A DNA stretch of 64,000 nt from a virus (Duplodnaviria; Caudoviricetes), in IMG/VR virus record IMGVR_UViG_3300001580_000013, positions 1 to 64,000 of that record, one strand, 5' to 3'. Every line of letters begins with the position of its first letter. Positions within the stretch are counted from its first letter, which is position 1. The translations under genes were made by a program, and so were the position numbers. Of the stretch, positions 40,371 through 50,360 are shown piece after piece. The notes under the pieces were generated by a model, which ran no database searches, was not told where the DNA came from, and saw nothing but the letters and a program-made list of their open reading frames with translations.

Positions 40371-41136
40371 CTAATCCATGTAATATTCAATTTTATTTCC
40401 AATCTCAAAAATTTCCTCTTCTTTATATTTTGGAACAGGATAGCATTCCGTATTTATTATGAATACACCCTTGATATATTCTGCCACACACCAATCAGAA
40501 TTTTCACAACATTTAATCCAATAATATCCGGGTTCTCTCATAGGTCTTTCCAAGCATCATTTTCTTCTTTATCTCTTAGATCAATTTGTGTAAAATCTTT
40601 AACGGTATCCATATAAACCTCATATGCTTCTTGCTTGAACAATTCTTCCAATTCTTCTGAAACCTTATCATAATCAGTTATTGGAGAATATTTAAGTAGT
40701 AGCATTTTCCTTATATTTTTCTTCTGCTTCTTGTTTATTTTCTAAATCTGAACATTCTACACCATAACAAGATTCATCTTCTTGGTAATATGAATCTTTT
40801 ACTGCGATGCCATATCTCCAAACAACCTCTTCTGTATTAGACCATCTAAATACACTATCAGTCTTTATATCTTTCATTTCAATAGGCAACCATCCACTAA
40901 AACCCTCACTCACTTCGAGAATTTCAATCAGTTTCTTTTTCATTCTTACTCCTGCTATATTCAGCTACACACAGTTTACACATTGTTCCCATTCTATACT
41001 TACTGCCATAAAAATTCTTTTCGCAATGAGGACAAGTATTTTCATAAAGTCCGGAACCATCCTCTTTAGCATCCTCTTCATAAGATCGTTTTTTATAATC
41101 TTCATCACGGTTGAAATAGTAAATATCATTATCCAT
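40371..41136 (-). other. small hypothetical ORFs (40371-40553, 40692-40943, 40924-41136)
   Basis: PGYYW motif; CxxC...CxxC zinc ribbon. Confidence 0.5.
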
Positions 41137-41138
41137 CT

Positions 41139-42995
41139 TTATACCTCTACTGCTTTGTAAATCTGAAATCCATCCGTGCTATTTGATTTCTCTACTGAAT
41201 TATATCCGCCACTCAACATATAGTAGAATCCAGTAAAGGTAATATGGTCATCAACGAAGATGTATCTTGTTGAAATATCCGCGAAACAAACCACATCTCC
41301 GTTCTTCAAATCTTTCCTATCAACTTTAACCCAAACAATATCTTTCGGAATTTTCTTCTCTGCTTCACTAATGAGTATTCTTTTATATTTGTGTGAATAA
41401 TACATAACTATATTTTCATCGAGCATAATACCTTTTGATTTTCCTCTGAAAGAAAGTTTATCAGTTGGGAAGTCGAAGGTTTCTAATTTTTCTATTTTAT
41501 CAATAGTATATAAATAAGAGACGTTTGCAAATTTTATCAGATACGCTTCACCAATATATGACTCGCTCACCTTGCTCCAAAAATTTTCAAAATATTTTGT
41601 AATTCTGCCGATTGTTTCTGTTGTTCCTCTATTCGTTTTAACTTTTACTATATCACCAACATTGAATTTTGGTTTTGGTGCGGAATTAATATCCATCCAT
41701 TTCTTAAGATGCTTAAATATATGATTGTCGTGTATTGGTGTTGATGTTATGGTAATCTTTGGTTTATTGATAGGTTTTGCAAAAGTCCATGGAGTTAAAC
41801 TAACATCTCCAGTGTTCGTATCAACGTCCTCGCACCAATATTTTCCATCCATGTAAACTTTGAAAGTTCTGTTATACCAAGTAATATCATCATTCTCAGT
41901 AACCTTGATTACTTCATCTTTCTTTGGTCTCCATTCAGTTATTGCTTTTTCAACTTTTTCAAGTTCACCATCTATAAAAACTCTTTTTAAACCTCCATCA
42001 AAATCCAATTTCACTATTGTTCTAATTCCTTCAAAGTCTGTTATTACACCTTCTTTACCTATTAAATTTTCATCTGGACAACCTTCGATTATTTTTACAC
42101 ACCTAACTCTATCACCAACTTTAAGTTTTGGCTCTGTTGGCAAAAACCTAACAGCATATTCTTTATTTGGGTCAAAGGTCATGGGTTTTGGTTCTACTTC
42201 TCTCGGTAAAATTCCTATTATATGTTTTTCATTTACAAACATTGTGTCTGAGTCCTTCAAAAGATAACCATACTCATCTAGATGGGTGGTTATTTTGCCA
42301 CTTAATATCATATTTGATTTGGCGCAATTATAGCCGCAATTGTGACCTCTAACCTCAGCAACATCTCCATCTTTAACCTTAAATTTTGGCTGAGCAATTT
42401 TCTCAAAGTGATCACAACGAATTGCAATACTTTTAATTCTATTAAAATCCACGACATAAACATCTTCCAATGTAAGTGGTCTATTTTTAATCTGTCCCAC
42501 TTGTCCTTTAAAATAATCGATTTTAATCTTAACCCATTCTCCGATAGAAAAATCTGAACTTTTGTAAACTCTTTCAAGCCACAATGGAGACATATAGTAC
42601 CCACTATTGAGGAGATAGTTTCCTGTGTCTGAATTATATCCGGTTATAGTATCTTCATTTCCAACTAAATCATTCATACCGCGTTGCCAATCGAGGTTTT
42701 TGCTAAAAATTTTAGAACCATCATTTATTCTTACCTTATCACCAACATTAAATTCTTGTTTCATGTCATTCTCCTTCTTTTTTAATAATGTTTCTTCTAC
42801 GTGCAAAAATATCTCACTAGTTTTAACATCTTTTATCCTACAATAAAACTCTCTGCCTTTGTAACTATATATCATCCATACCTCGAAGTCAATGTTTAAA
42901 AAACGTTTTGCCTGTAAACACCATATACTTCTCCATAATTCATCTTCATTGAGCTGAACTATGTCGCCTTCTTTAAATTTTCTTTTCATTTCCAT
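41139..42995 (-). CDS. multi-KOW/SH3-like repeat protein (618 aa)
   Basis: About 7-8 modules: FKEGDIV, FNVGDKV, FSIGEWV, LKVGDRV, FNVGDIV, LKNGDVV. Confidence 0.7.
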   Translation of the reverse strand: MEMKRKFKEGDIVQLNEDELWRSIWCLQAKRFLNIDFEVWMIYSYKGREFYCRIKDVKTSEIFLHVEETLLKKKENDMKQEFNVGDKVRINDGSKIFSKNLDWQRGMNDLVGNEDTITGYNSDTGNYLLNSGYYMSPLWLERVYKSSDFSIGEWVKIKIDYFKGQVGQIKNRPLTLEDVYVVDFNRIKSIAIRCDHFEKIAQPKFKVKDGDVAEVRGHNCGYNCAKSNMILSGKITTHLDEYGYLLKDSDTMFVNEKHIIGILPREVEPKPMTFDPNKEYAVRFLPTEPKLKVGDRVRCVKIIEGCPDENLIGKEGVITDFEGIRTIVKLDFDGGLKRVFIDGELEKVEKAITEWRPKKDEVIKVTENDDITWYNRTFKVYMDGKYWCEDVDTNTGDVSLTPWTFAKPINKPKITITSTPIHDNHIFKHLKKWMDINSAPKPKFNVGDIVKVKTNRGTTETIGRITKYFENFWSKVSESYIGEAYLIKFANVSYLYTIDKIEKLETFDFPTDKLSFRGKSKGIMLDENIVMYYSHKYKRILISEAEKKIPKDIVWVKVDRKDLKNGDVVCFADISTRYIFVDDHITFTGFYYMLSGGYNSVEKSNSTDGFQIYKAVEV

Positions 42996-43025
42996 TTTTC
43001 ACTCTCCTGTTTAAAACTTAATAGT

Positions 43026-43055
43026 AATATAAGATATTTTTATTCAAATGTCAAG
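43026..43055 (-). promoter_or_regulatory. early promoter
   Basis: TTGACA-18-TATATT. Confidence 0.8.
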
Positions 43056-43527
43056 ATTTATTTTCTTGTAAAAATTTAATAAAATCTTCCATATTCTTAC
43101 GAGAAAAATCCCATTCATAACAACTACAACCTATTTCTGGTTTTGATAAATCTCTAATCCATTCCGTCCAATTTTCTGTAATTTGTTTAATGAAGCTTTC
43201 ATCTGAACATCTCTGAATATATCTTTGCTTAAACATTTCCTTATCACACAATCTCGGATATACTGTTGAGAAATATATACAATTATCTAATAATGCTTCT
43301 CTGACTTCCTTATGTGTTGATACAAATATTACATCATATTTTCCAATATTCTCTTTTATATGATCAATATAATTTTGAGGAAAGTTTGGGTGTCTTTGTT
43401 TGGTAAATCCATAATCTAAAATCCAAGAAAATTCCGAACTATCAGAATCTAATGTTATATCTTTATTATTATTAAAATAGAAACTTTTGCCACATCCCGG
43501 AAATGCTGAAATTATTTTAGTTCTCAA
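43051..43527 (-). CDS. small P-loop NTPase/kinase
   Basis: IISAFPGCGKS, DSDSS. Confidence 0.8.
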   Translation of the reverse strand: MRTKIISAFPGCGKSFYFNNNKDITLDSDSSEFSWILDYGFTKQRHPNFPQNYIDHIKENIGKYDVIFVSTHKEVREALLDNCIYFSTVYPRLCDKEMFKQRYIQRCSDESFIKQITENWTEWIRDLSKPEIGCSCYEWDFSRKNMEDFIKFLQENKS

Positions 43528-43542
43528 TTTTTTATTCTCCTT

Positions 43543-44388
43543 TTATTCATATTTGGGTATATACAAAGATATTTTTCTATGGTAGTCAATCGACTCGCTT
43601 GGAGAAGTAAAATTATCAGCAGATTTTACTACCCAAACAGAAGAATATAATTTTTCTCCAGTATTACTGTCAGTTGTCCTTAGTTCATCTTTCTTAACAA
43701 CCATTCTGCCTCTTTTTAGTCCACAATCTAATTTATCCCAATTCGTTCCGTCTTTTTGAAAAATCATTTCCTGTAGTTGTGAAGTATTTTTCTTTTCAAG
43801 TTCTTTATGAGAAAATTTTGATTGAGCCAACGATTGAATTGAGTTTCTTACTGCATCCTGTTGTCTCCAAATGAAATAGTTCTCAACCTCTGTTCTATCT
43901 GGGATGGTGAATACACGAGAATCGAACACTGCCAATTTAAAATTTAAAATATCTTCAGAATTACAAACAGATGAAATGTTACCACAAGGAAATCGTGGAA
44001 CGCTATTTTTATCAGTGAATCTCATAAGCCTCAACTGATTAAATTCCGCGGTTGCTAAACTTGAGGATATGCTAACTATTTTCTGAATGTTACCATCAAA
44101 CCACGAATCAGTGGTTATAGTATCAAAATCAGTTAATAATAAAGAAATTTCATCAGACTGAACATATCCGAATTTACAACCCTGAACATTCTCACAAAGA
44201 TATTTAGCGGTTTCATTCATATCATCAATAAAACCTGCATCAAATGGTTTTTCTAAATTTTTGGTGTAGGTATGAAAAGCCTTTCCGTCTAGTCTTATAA
44301 TTGTATATGTTCTTCTTGGAAGATAATACCTTGTTCTGTGTTCATATTGTGATTTCATTCTTTCGCCAAGTTGATCATTCATTTTCAT
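43543..44388 (-). CDS. thg1: tRNA-His guanylyltransferase Thg1-like protein
   Basis: IIRLDGKAFH, YVQSDEISLL, FDGNIQKI, FDSR, NYFIWRQQDAVRNS. Confidence 0.93.
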   Translation of the reverse strand: MKMNDQLGERMKSQYEHRTRYYLPRRTYTIIRLDGKAFHTYTKNLEKPFDAGFIDDMNETAKYLCENVQGCKFGYVQSDEISLLLTDFDTITTDSWFDGNIQKIVSISSSLATAEFNQLRLMRFTDKNSVPRFPCGNISSVCNSEDILNFKLAVFDSRVFTIPDRTEVENYFIWRQQDAVRNSIQSLAQSKFSHKELEKKNTSQLQEMIFQKDGTNWDKLDCGLKRGRMVVKKDELRTTDSNTGEKLYSSVWVVKSADNFTSPSESIDYHRKISLYIPKYE

Positions 44389-45035
44389 TCTCCCAATTTG
44401 TTGTTATAATACAACAATGTTGGTGCATCCTTCTTCACCTCTTCAGAAGGAATTTGAGCATTATATCGTTCCTTGTACAATTTATGAAAACTCTGAATAT
44501 CAAAAGGACTTGTTATAATATGAAATCCGTTCAATGTAGGAATAACATCCATTATTTTATTTTTAACATCAATGGGTTGAATTTCCACTAATATTTTATT
44601 CAAAGAATCTATCAATGCTTCTATGGGAATAATTCTTTCAGGATCATCAATATCAAATATCCATTTCTTATTTTTATCATTTGAGTAGCTGCCACATACC
44701 GAATCCCATGCGCCTTTGTTGCCTTCATAATTTTCAGTTTCAATATTTGTAGCAACGGCGGAAATAAGCTTCATAGAACATTTTTTGAATGATCTTTTAT
44801 TCAACCAAAAATAAGCTCTCGCATTCGTAGCTTCACAAATTTCTTGTATCATTGGAATTTTTTTATCAAAATCCTCTAATGATTTGATGTAATAATTTTT
44901 AACCGGAATATTGTTGCAGTTCATATTCCAATTGGTAAAATCTTTTTTTCGTTTTAAAAGAGTAACGAAATAGAAATCATCTTTAGAATCAAAACTCATA
45001 AACTTTTTTATTTTTTCACTATTATCTAATTTCAT
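44385..45035 (-). CDS. hypothetical protein with AEP/primase-like motifs
   Basis: WIFDIDD (DxD) and PTLNGFHII (GxH) motifs. Confidence 0.5.
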   Translation of the reverse strand: MKLDNSEKIKKFMSFDSKDDFYFVTLLKRKKDFTNWNMNCNNIPVKNYYIKSLEDFDKKIPMIQEICEATNARAYFWLNKRSFKKCSMKLISAVATNIETENYEGNKGAWDSVCGSYSNDKNKKWIFDIDDPERIIPIEALIDSLNKILVEIQPIDVKNKIMDVIPTLNGFHIITSPFDIQSFHKLYKERYNAQIPSEEVKKDAPTLLYYNNKLGE

Positions 45036-45513
45036 TCTTTCACTCTCAAAATTATATTTTCTATTTTAATGAAAACTACATTGTTATAAGAGGTATCTTT
45101 ATCTATTAGAAATTCATTTGATAACGGACACAACAAATCATTAATGTTATTTACTTTACATTTGCCATATAATTTTTTACAATCTTCACAATTAGTAATT
45201 GCTACTAATACTGCTTTTCTCATTTTATAAAATCCTCCAATGAATAATCTCCAGACAAACACCATTCCAATGTATGAACTTCCTCTTCTATTTTCTTTAA
45301 TTTTTTAACCAATGATTTTGCCTTTTTCACAAATTTTTCTCTTTGCTCAGGAGTTAAATATGATAACTGATCAACTATCTGTTTATCTTTAGCCCAACCA
45401 TCATTTTTCCAAACTTCTTCTTCATATTTGAAATCGCTTTTGATATGTGATTCAATATCATCTATACCATATTGAAGTTTGTGTGTAAAATAATCCAATG
45501 CTCCCCCAGACAT
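45032..45513 (-). other. two small hypothetical ORFs (45032-45223, 45220-45513)
   Basis: SD-led ORFs. Confidence 0.5.
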
Positions 45514-45522
45514 TTAATCCTC

Positions 45523-46587
45523 CTAATATATTTTAAATTCAAAATTGCGGCATGATAATATGCAAGCTTTTTCTTTTAGTAAATTTTTTTCTAAATCTCG
45601 TTTCATAGTCCATGTAGATTTAACTTCTACTATTTTATTTTCTTTTGGAATATAGAAATCTGGAAAATATTTATGTTTCTTCCCATCTTTAGTATAATAC
45701 CATATCTTTCCAATTATATCTTGAGTTGGATGAACAATTATATCTTCCTCTGATCCCTTATTATAGAAATATTCATCGAGATATATTCCTTCGTATCCTT
45801 GAATTTTAACTACCTTTCCAGATGGCATGATATAATCTTTCCATTTAAACGCTGATCTGGAACACTTATCAAATATTCCTTGATCTTGCATAGGGTTTTC
45901 TACCCCGTACTTCTCGATACATGTATTTTTAATTTTTTCTTTCATTTCATCATTTTGAAGGTGACACCGTGTACCGAAATTATCCATACATGTTTTTTTT
46001 GATTTTTCCTTATTTACTTCCGCTTGTAGGGGATTATCTGTTCCATAATGTTCTCTACAGGTATTTGTTTTCTTTTCTTTTATTTCTGCACTTTGAGAAA
46101 CATTATCAACACCATATTTTTCGCGAATAGTCTGTTGTTGTTTTTTATATATATCTTTATTTTGTAAAGGATTTTCAAAACCGTATCTCTTTAAATTTGT
46201 TTGTTTAACTTTTTCTCGCATTTCGTTGGATTGAGAAGAAAATTCTACACCATATTTATCCATACAAGTTTTTTTACTTTTTTCTCGCATTTCTTTGCTT
46301 TGCATAATATTTTCTACACCATATTTTTGCAAATTTGTTTCTTGCCGTGCTTTTACCTGACAGTCAACACTACCGCACGATTGACTATACCCATGTGCGA
46401 TATCAATAAACATTTTATCGTTTGAACAATATTTGCATTTTTTATCTGATACATTTTGTAAAATATAAGTGTCATAATATTGCTGTTTCGTTATTTCCGG
46501 ATGAGAATGAACAATATGATATGAAAAAGAAAAATTATTTTTACATTCTTTTCCACATATTTTACATATTATTTTATCTTGAACCAT
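45523..46587 (-). CDS. putative homing endonuclease (KYGVEN repeats + C-terminal PD-(D/E)XK)
   Basis: N-terminal Zn fingers, 7 x ~24-aa KYGV(E/D)N repeats, YFPDFYIPKENKIVEVKS. Confidence 0.75.
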   Translation of the reverse strand: MVQDKIICKICGKECKNNFSFSYHIVHSHPEITKQQYYDTYILQNVSDKKCKYCSNDKMFIDIAHGYSQSCGSVDCQVKARQETNLQKYGVENIMQSKEMREKSKKTCMDKYGVEFSSQSNEMREKVKQTNLKRYGFENPLQNKDIYKKQQQTIREKYGVDNVSQSAEIKEKKTNTCREHYGTDNPLQAEVNKEKSKKTCMDNFGTRCHLQNDEMKEKIKNTCIEKYGVENPMQDQGIFDKCSRSAFKWKDYIMPSGKVVKIQGYEGIYLDEYFYNKGSEEDIIVHPTQDIIGKIWYYTKDGKKHKYFPDFYIPKENKIVEVKSTWTMKRDLEKNLLKEKACILSCRNFEFKIY

Positions 46588-47266
46588 GCATTCTCTCTAT
46601 TATTGTGTTATATAGATTTATGTGTTTTGATCTATCTTTTGGACTTAATTTTTTAAATATTTTTGTAAATTCATCAAGTTCTTGTTCAGTCAAAAGTTTC
46701 TCTTTTATGACTGTATTTGCAGATTCATTTGTCATGTGATATACGATTGCATCAGGCGCACTCTGATCAAAAACTATATCAATTTCTGCTAAACTTAGAT
46801 CGTTATCAACTTTTTTATCTTTTTTAACTGTTCCTGTTGCTCTTGAACTGACCCCCCAAGAAAATCCCGCCTCAAACATTTCTTTAACCAACAGACCAAG
46901 ACCATAATTAACTATAACGGATTCGCCCATTATGTTTGTTCCGTCTGGCCACAATTTCTTAATTCTTGCCGCCGTTCTTTCGGGATTCAATATTAACTCA
47001 TCTGGATGGTTTAATTCCATGCCTGCTTTATTTTTATCTACTACTTCTCTGATATATCTTTGAGTTTCTGGAAGAAGAACATCATAAAATGGATAAATTC
47101 TTCCATTTCTGTTCTCAACGTCACCCTGCATATAAATTCCCGAAAAATTATAATCATTCTTCCCTGTACTTTCGTTCAAAACTTTTTTAACTATACAATT
47201 TGAATTACTATTTTCAATCAGTATTCCCTTTCCGGCGGTATGTGGTTTTAATATTCCTAAATTCAT
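46574..47266 (-). CDS. prohead core protease (T4 gp21-like)
   Basis: GIYMQGDVENRNGRIYP, ELNHP, GVSSRATG, DIVFDQSAPDA. Confidence 0.93.
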   Translation of the reverse strand: MNLGILKPHTAGKGILIENSNSNCIVKKVLNESTGKNDYNFSGIYMQGDVENRNGRIYPFYDVLLPETQRYIREVVDKNKAGMELNHPDELILNPERTAARIKKLWPDGTNIMGESVIVNYGLGLLVKEMFEAGFSWGVSSRATGTVKKDKKVDNDLSLAEIDIVFDQSAPDAIVYHMTNESANTVIKEKLLTEQELDEFTKIFKKLSPKDRSKHINLYNTIIERMHGSR

Positions 47267-47284
47267 AATTTAACCTTTTCTTAT

Positions 47285-47292
47285 TATTTATA
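47285..47292 (-). promoter_or_regulatory. T4-type late promoter
   Basis: TATAAATA 18 nt before protease ATG. Confidence 0.8.
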
Positions 47293-47296
47293 AAAT

Positions 47297-48355
47297 TTAC
47301 GAAAGATTTGCACCAGTATGACCTTTATCAGTTAAGAAAAATGCGTATGGGTCATTTCCAGTTGTTTTAGAACCAAGTCCTGCTACATATTTTGTTATTG
47401 TAGTTGTTCCAACTGCTATTATATATATATTATAACCCCCTATAACATCATAAGTTGAGAAGAAAATATCTCCTTCCAAATTAGTGTGCAAATTATAACA
47501 GTAATATAATGGTGTGGTCAAATCTTCTTTTGTTAGTGGTATGACTGTTATTACTGGTGTAGTCTCAATTGAAGTCATTTTGTATAATATATTTTGAGTA
47601 GTTCCATTTTGTTGATTAGATAATGCCCACAAGGTGTCATCTTTATCACAAATTAAATCTATTACATATCCTATATTTTCGGATATTACCATATTAGTAT
47701 TAGCAACTATTATATTATTATAAACATATCGTGACATTCTGGTTGTTGGCGCACCTCCACATAAACCATATCCATTACCAATTTGATTTACAGCAGTATA
47801 AATAATCCTATTATTACCATCAAACCCATAATTAACAACATTTTGAGTATCAGCATTTATTACACTACCATTTGTGGTCGAACTTGCCGCATTTCTCCCT
47901 ACCCACAAATTATTAAATTTATCAATTCTAAAATAATATGATGCTATCTGATTAGAAGCTACATAAAAATTACTTGCAGATAAGGTGAATGAAGATACAT
48001 TTATTTTGTATATTTTTGCGTTTGTTGCTGTTGTGAGTGTATTTATCATAATATATAAATTTCTTCCACCAACATCTAAACCATTATCTAAAGCTAAACC
48101 CTGAACTTCATAATCGGCAGGAGATAATCCCAAAGCAGTATTTACATTTATCTCGGTTCTGTTTCCGTCCACATCAATCTTTCCAATCAACGCGCCATAA
48201 GAATAATAAGTATTTCCATCTGTGTCGCAAACATTTCTCATTTCATAATAATTAACACGAGGAATACCACCAGTTGGGTCATTTATTGGGATTTGTTGTA
48301 AAACCTCTACATTTCCTTCTGGGTCTGTTCCAAGCTGTGTCATATAATATTTCAT
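47297..48355 (-). CDS. beta-propeller-like virion accessory protein
   Basis: Repeated D..GNxW/Y blades (DTDGNTYY, DKFNNLWVG, DKDDTLWAL, NLEGDIFF). Confidence 0.55.
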   Translation of the reverse strand: MKYYMTQLGTDPEGNVEVLQQIPINDPTGGIPRVNYYEMRNVCDTDGNTYYSYGALIGKIDVDGNRTEINVNTALGLSPADYEVQGLALDNGLDVGGRNLYIMINTLTTATNAKIYKINVSSFTLSASNFYVASNQIASYYFRIDKFNNLWVGRNAASSTTNGSVINADTQNVVNYGFDGNNRIIYTAVNQIGNGYGLCGGAPTTRMSRYVYNNIIVANTNMVISENIGYVIDLICDKDDTLWALSNQQNGTTQNILYKMTSIETTPVITVIPLTKEDLTTPLYYCYNLHTNLEGDIFFSTYDVIGGYNIYIIAVGTTTITKYVAGLGSKTTGNDPYAFFLTDKGHTGANLS

Positions 48356-48369
48356 ATCTTAAATCTCCT

Positions 48370-48891
48370 TTATTCTGGTATTCCGGGGTCATCCGTTCCA
48401 TTAGTTAATAATATCCAACCTCTATCCAATCCTGTAAATGTATTCTCTTCATAATTTTTGTTTGTGAGAATCCAGCATTCATTATCGTATGGAACATTTG
48501 AACCATAATAGAAATTTGTTAAAATCCAAGGATTGATTTCACTTCCCACTAAGCTAAAATAATCACTAAATCCAAATACTTCCGAATAATTCACCACACT
48601 TATTTTTATTTGATAATTACCACCCATAAGAGTTTTAAAAATTGTAGAATAAATTCCATTATTTGGTGTACTTTCGGCTATTGTAGAATAATAAACCCCG
48701 TCTTTATATAATTCAATCTTCACATTTGGAAAATAAAAATTATTAAAATATCCGCTGTTCCAAAGGATTATAACTGTGTATGGTTGTTCAAAACTTCCAC
48801 TGTTTGGAGAAATAACATGAATATATGGAGATTTTGACTTATATAATCTCGCATTTAATCGGTTAGATATTTCGTGTGTTAAATCCGTCAT
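48370..48891 (-). CDS. Ig-like (Kre9/Ser-Thr-rich GPI-anchored family) domain protein
   Basis: IHVISPNSG...IILWNS...VKIELYK...NNGIY...YQIKI...SDYFSL. Confidence 0.65.
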   Translation of the reverse strand: MTDLTHEISNRLNARLYKSKSPYIHVISPNSGSFEQPYTVIILWNSGYFNNFYFPNVKIELYKDGVYYSTIAESTPNNGIYSTIFKTLMGGNYQIKISVVNYSEVFGFSDYFSLVGSEINPWILTNFYYGSNVPYDNECWILTNKNYEENTFTGLDRGWILLTNGTDDPGIPE

Positions 48892-48896
48892 ACTTT

Positions 48897-48904
48897 TATT
48901 TATA
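48897..48904 (-). promoter_or_regulatory. T4-type late promoter, 5 nt before ATG
   Basis: TATAAATA-AAAGT-ATG. Confidence 0.75.
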
Positions 48905-48920
48905 TTTTTACTTAAATAAA

Positions 48921-48943
48921 AAATCCCGAATTATACGGGATTT
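48921..48943 (-). terminator. intrinsic terminator
   Basis: 8-bp stem AAATCCCG/CGGGATTT, 7-nt loop, U-tract on minus strand. Confidence 0.8.
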
Positions 48944-48961
48944 AAAATAAAAATTTTATTC

Positions 48962-49867
48962 CTAATTAACATCAACTTCTATATTCTTTTTAATTTTCTT
49001 CTCGATTCTCCTGAGTTCATCTAATCCATCCATTGATTTGATTGGTATTGGTTCTTTATTATTTGTCGTGCTCCACGCAGTTAAAATATCACTGGCGGTA
49101 TCTTGCATAAACAAAATTGAAAGATTAAAAAACCTGTTCACTTTATCATTAATGCTTCCACCGATCATGCTACGAACTTTTTCTATATATTCATCTAATC
49201 TTTTTTGTTTGAGTTCCATATATTTGTTACACACATCAACTGAAAATTCTGTTTGACATTTTGCATTCATTTTGAAACAATGGTTTTTTAAATTTTCTAC
49301 CGCCAAATTTAAATCTTCGCTACTGTTAAAAATATAGGTCATACTATCCATAACCCAATCACCAAACTCTCCGCATTGCTCCACAATGAAACAACGAAGT
49401 TTTTCATTTGAGAAAAATGGCAAAACATCACCAATTTTTAATCTGATAACTCCTCGATATTGTTTATTTCTTGCTTCTGAATCCTCTCCTTTCTTGAACA
49501 AGGCATATAGATCATCCAAACCTGTTTTTATTTCTGCAAAATTTTTATTTGTTATATCAAAATGTTTAGTGTGTTCTTTTAAAATTTCTTTGATATCATT
49601 ATGTTCTCTTATATTTTTTGATTCATATGTTCTTAGTTCATCTATAACAATTCTATCAAGTGTCACAATTGAATTTTTTTCATCTTGTTTGTCAGCATCA
49701 TCTACAATTTTTTTCTCGCTGAATACTTTTTCGAGTGCTGCTGTTACAATTTTTGAAGATTGCTTTTCTGCATCTCTTTCTCTTTTTTTGTTACCAGAAA
49801 AGTAAAAATAAGCAATTATTCCTAGTATTCCGGCTTCCACAAAGTACTTCCACATCACCAAATCCAT
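48962..49867 (-). CDS. single-TM late protein (holin/lysis-associated candidate)
   Basis: N-terminal TM then helical domain; own late promoter. Confidence 0.45.
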   Translation of the reverse strand: MDLVMWKYFVEAGILGIIAYFYFSGNKKRERDAEKQSSKIVTAALEKVFSEKKIVDDADKQDEKNSIVTLDRIVIDELRTYESKNIREHNDIKEILKEHTKHFDITNKNFAEIKTGLDDLYALFKKGEDSEARNKQYRGVIRLKIGDVLPFFSNEKLRCFIVEQCGEFGDWVMDSMTYIFNSSEDLNLAVENLKNHCFKMNAKCQTEFSVDVCNKYMELKQKRLDEYIEKVRSMIGGSINDKVNRFFNLSILFMQDTASDILTAWSTTNNKEPIPIKSMDGLDELRRIEKKIKKNIEVDVN

Positions 49868-49887
49868 TTTATAACCTTTTTTTCTTT

Positions 49888-49895
49888 TATTTATA
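49888..49895 (-). promoter_or_regulatory. T4-type late promoter
   Basis: TATAAATA 20 nt before 49867. Confidence 0.7.
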
Positions 49896-49914
49896 ACTTT
49901 TCTTTTTTATTTTT

Positions 49915-50184
49915 CTATTTTATTTCATCTACTTTTGCATTCTCTTCTGCCATTGGAAGTTTTTTAAACGCATTGTACGTGAGTGTGAGCATCCACGCAG
50001 CCATGAGTCCATCCGGAACTGTAAAATATTCTTTTATTATATCAGCATATTCTACTCCACCGATCCACAAAAATATAAACTTCCCCACCCAAAAATAAAT
50101 TAAAATGACAAGAAGAATCCAAAATGAAATTCTTCCCATAGAAATGTCTTTATTATTTTCTGAAATCAAACTCTTATAATTCAT
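49915..50184 (-). CDS. two-TM membrane protein, holin candidate
   Basis: SMGRISFWILLVILIYFW + second TM, charged C-terminus; ATG 50184. Confidence 0.55.
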   Translation of the reverse strand: MNYKSLISENNKDISMGRISFWILLVILIYFWVGKFIFLWIGGVEYADIIKEYFTVPDGLMAAWMLTLTYNAFKKLPMAEENAKVDEIK

Positions 50185-50360
50185 AGTCACAGTCAGCTAA
50201 CCTTTGAATTAGCTTTATTTTCAGTAGAGGAACTATAAATGCCTCTATGTAAAATGTTTATAGATGCATTGAAATCAGCATCCACAGTCCTTCCACAACT
50301 CAAACATAAAAACTTTTCTAACTTCCTATTGTCTTTGTGTTTGTGCCCACATTTGCTACA
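50169..50360 (-). ncRNA. putative omegaRNA of tnpB-2 (5' end uncertain); guide ~50188-50169
   Basis: Hairpins at 50225-50247 and 50195-50214 homologous to copy 1; shared end GACTGT (50194-50189). Confidence 0.65.
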
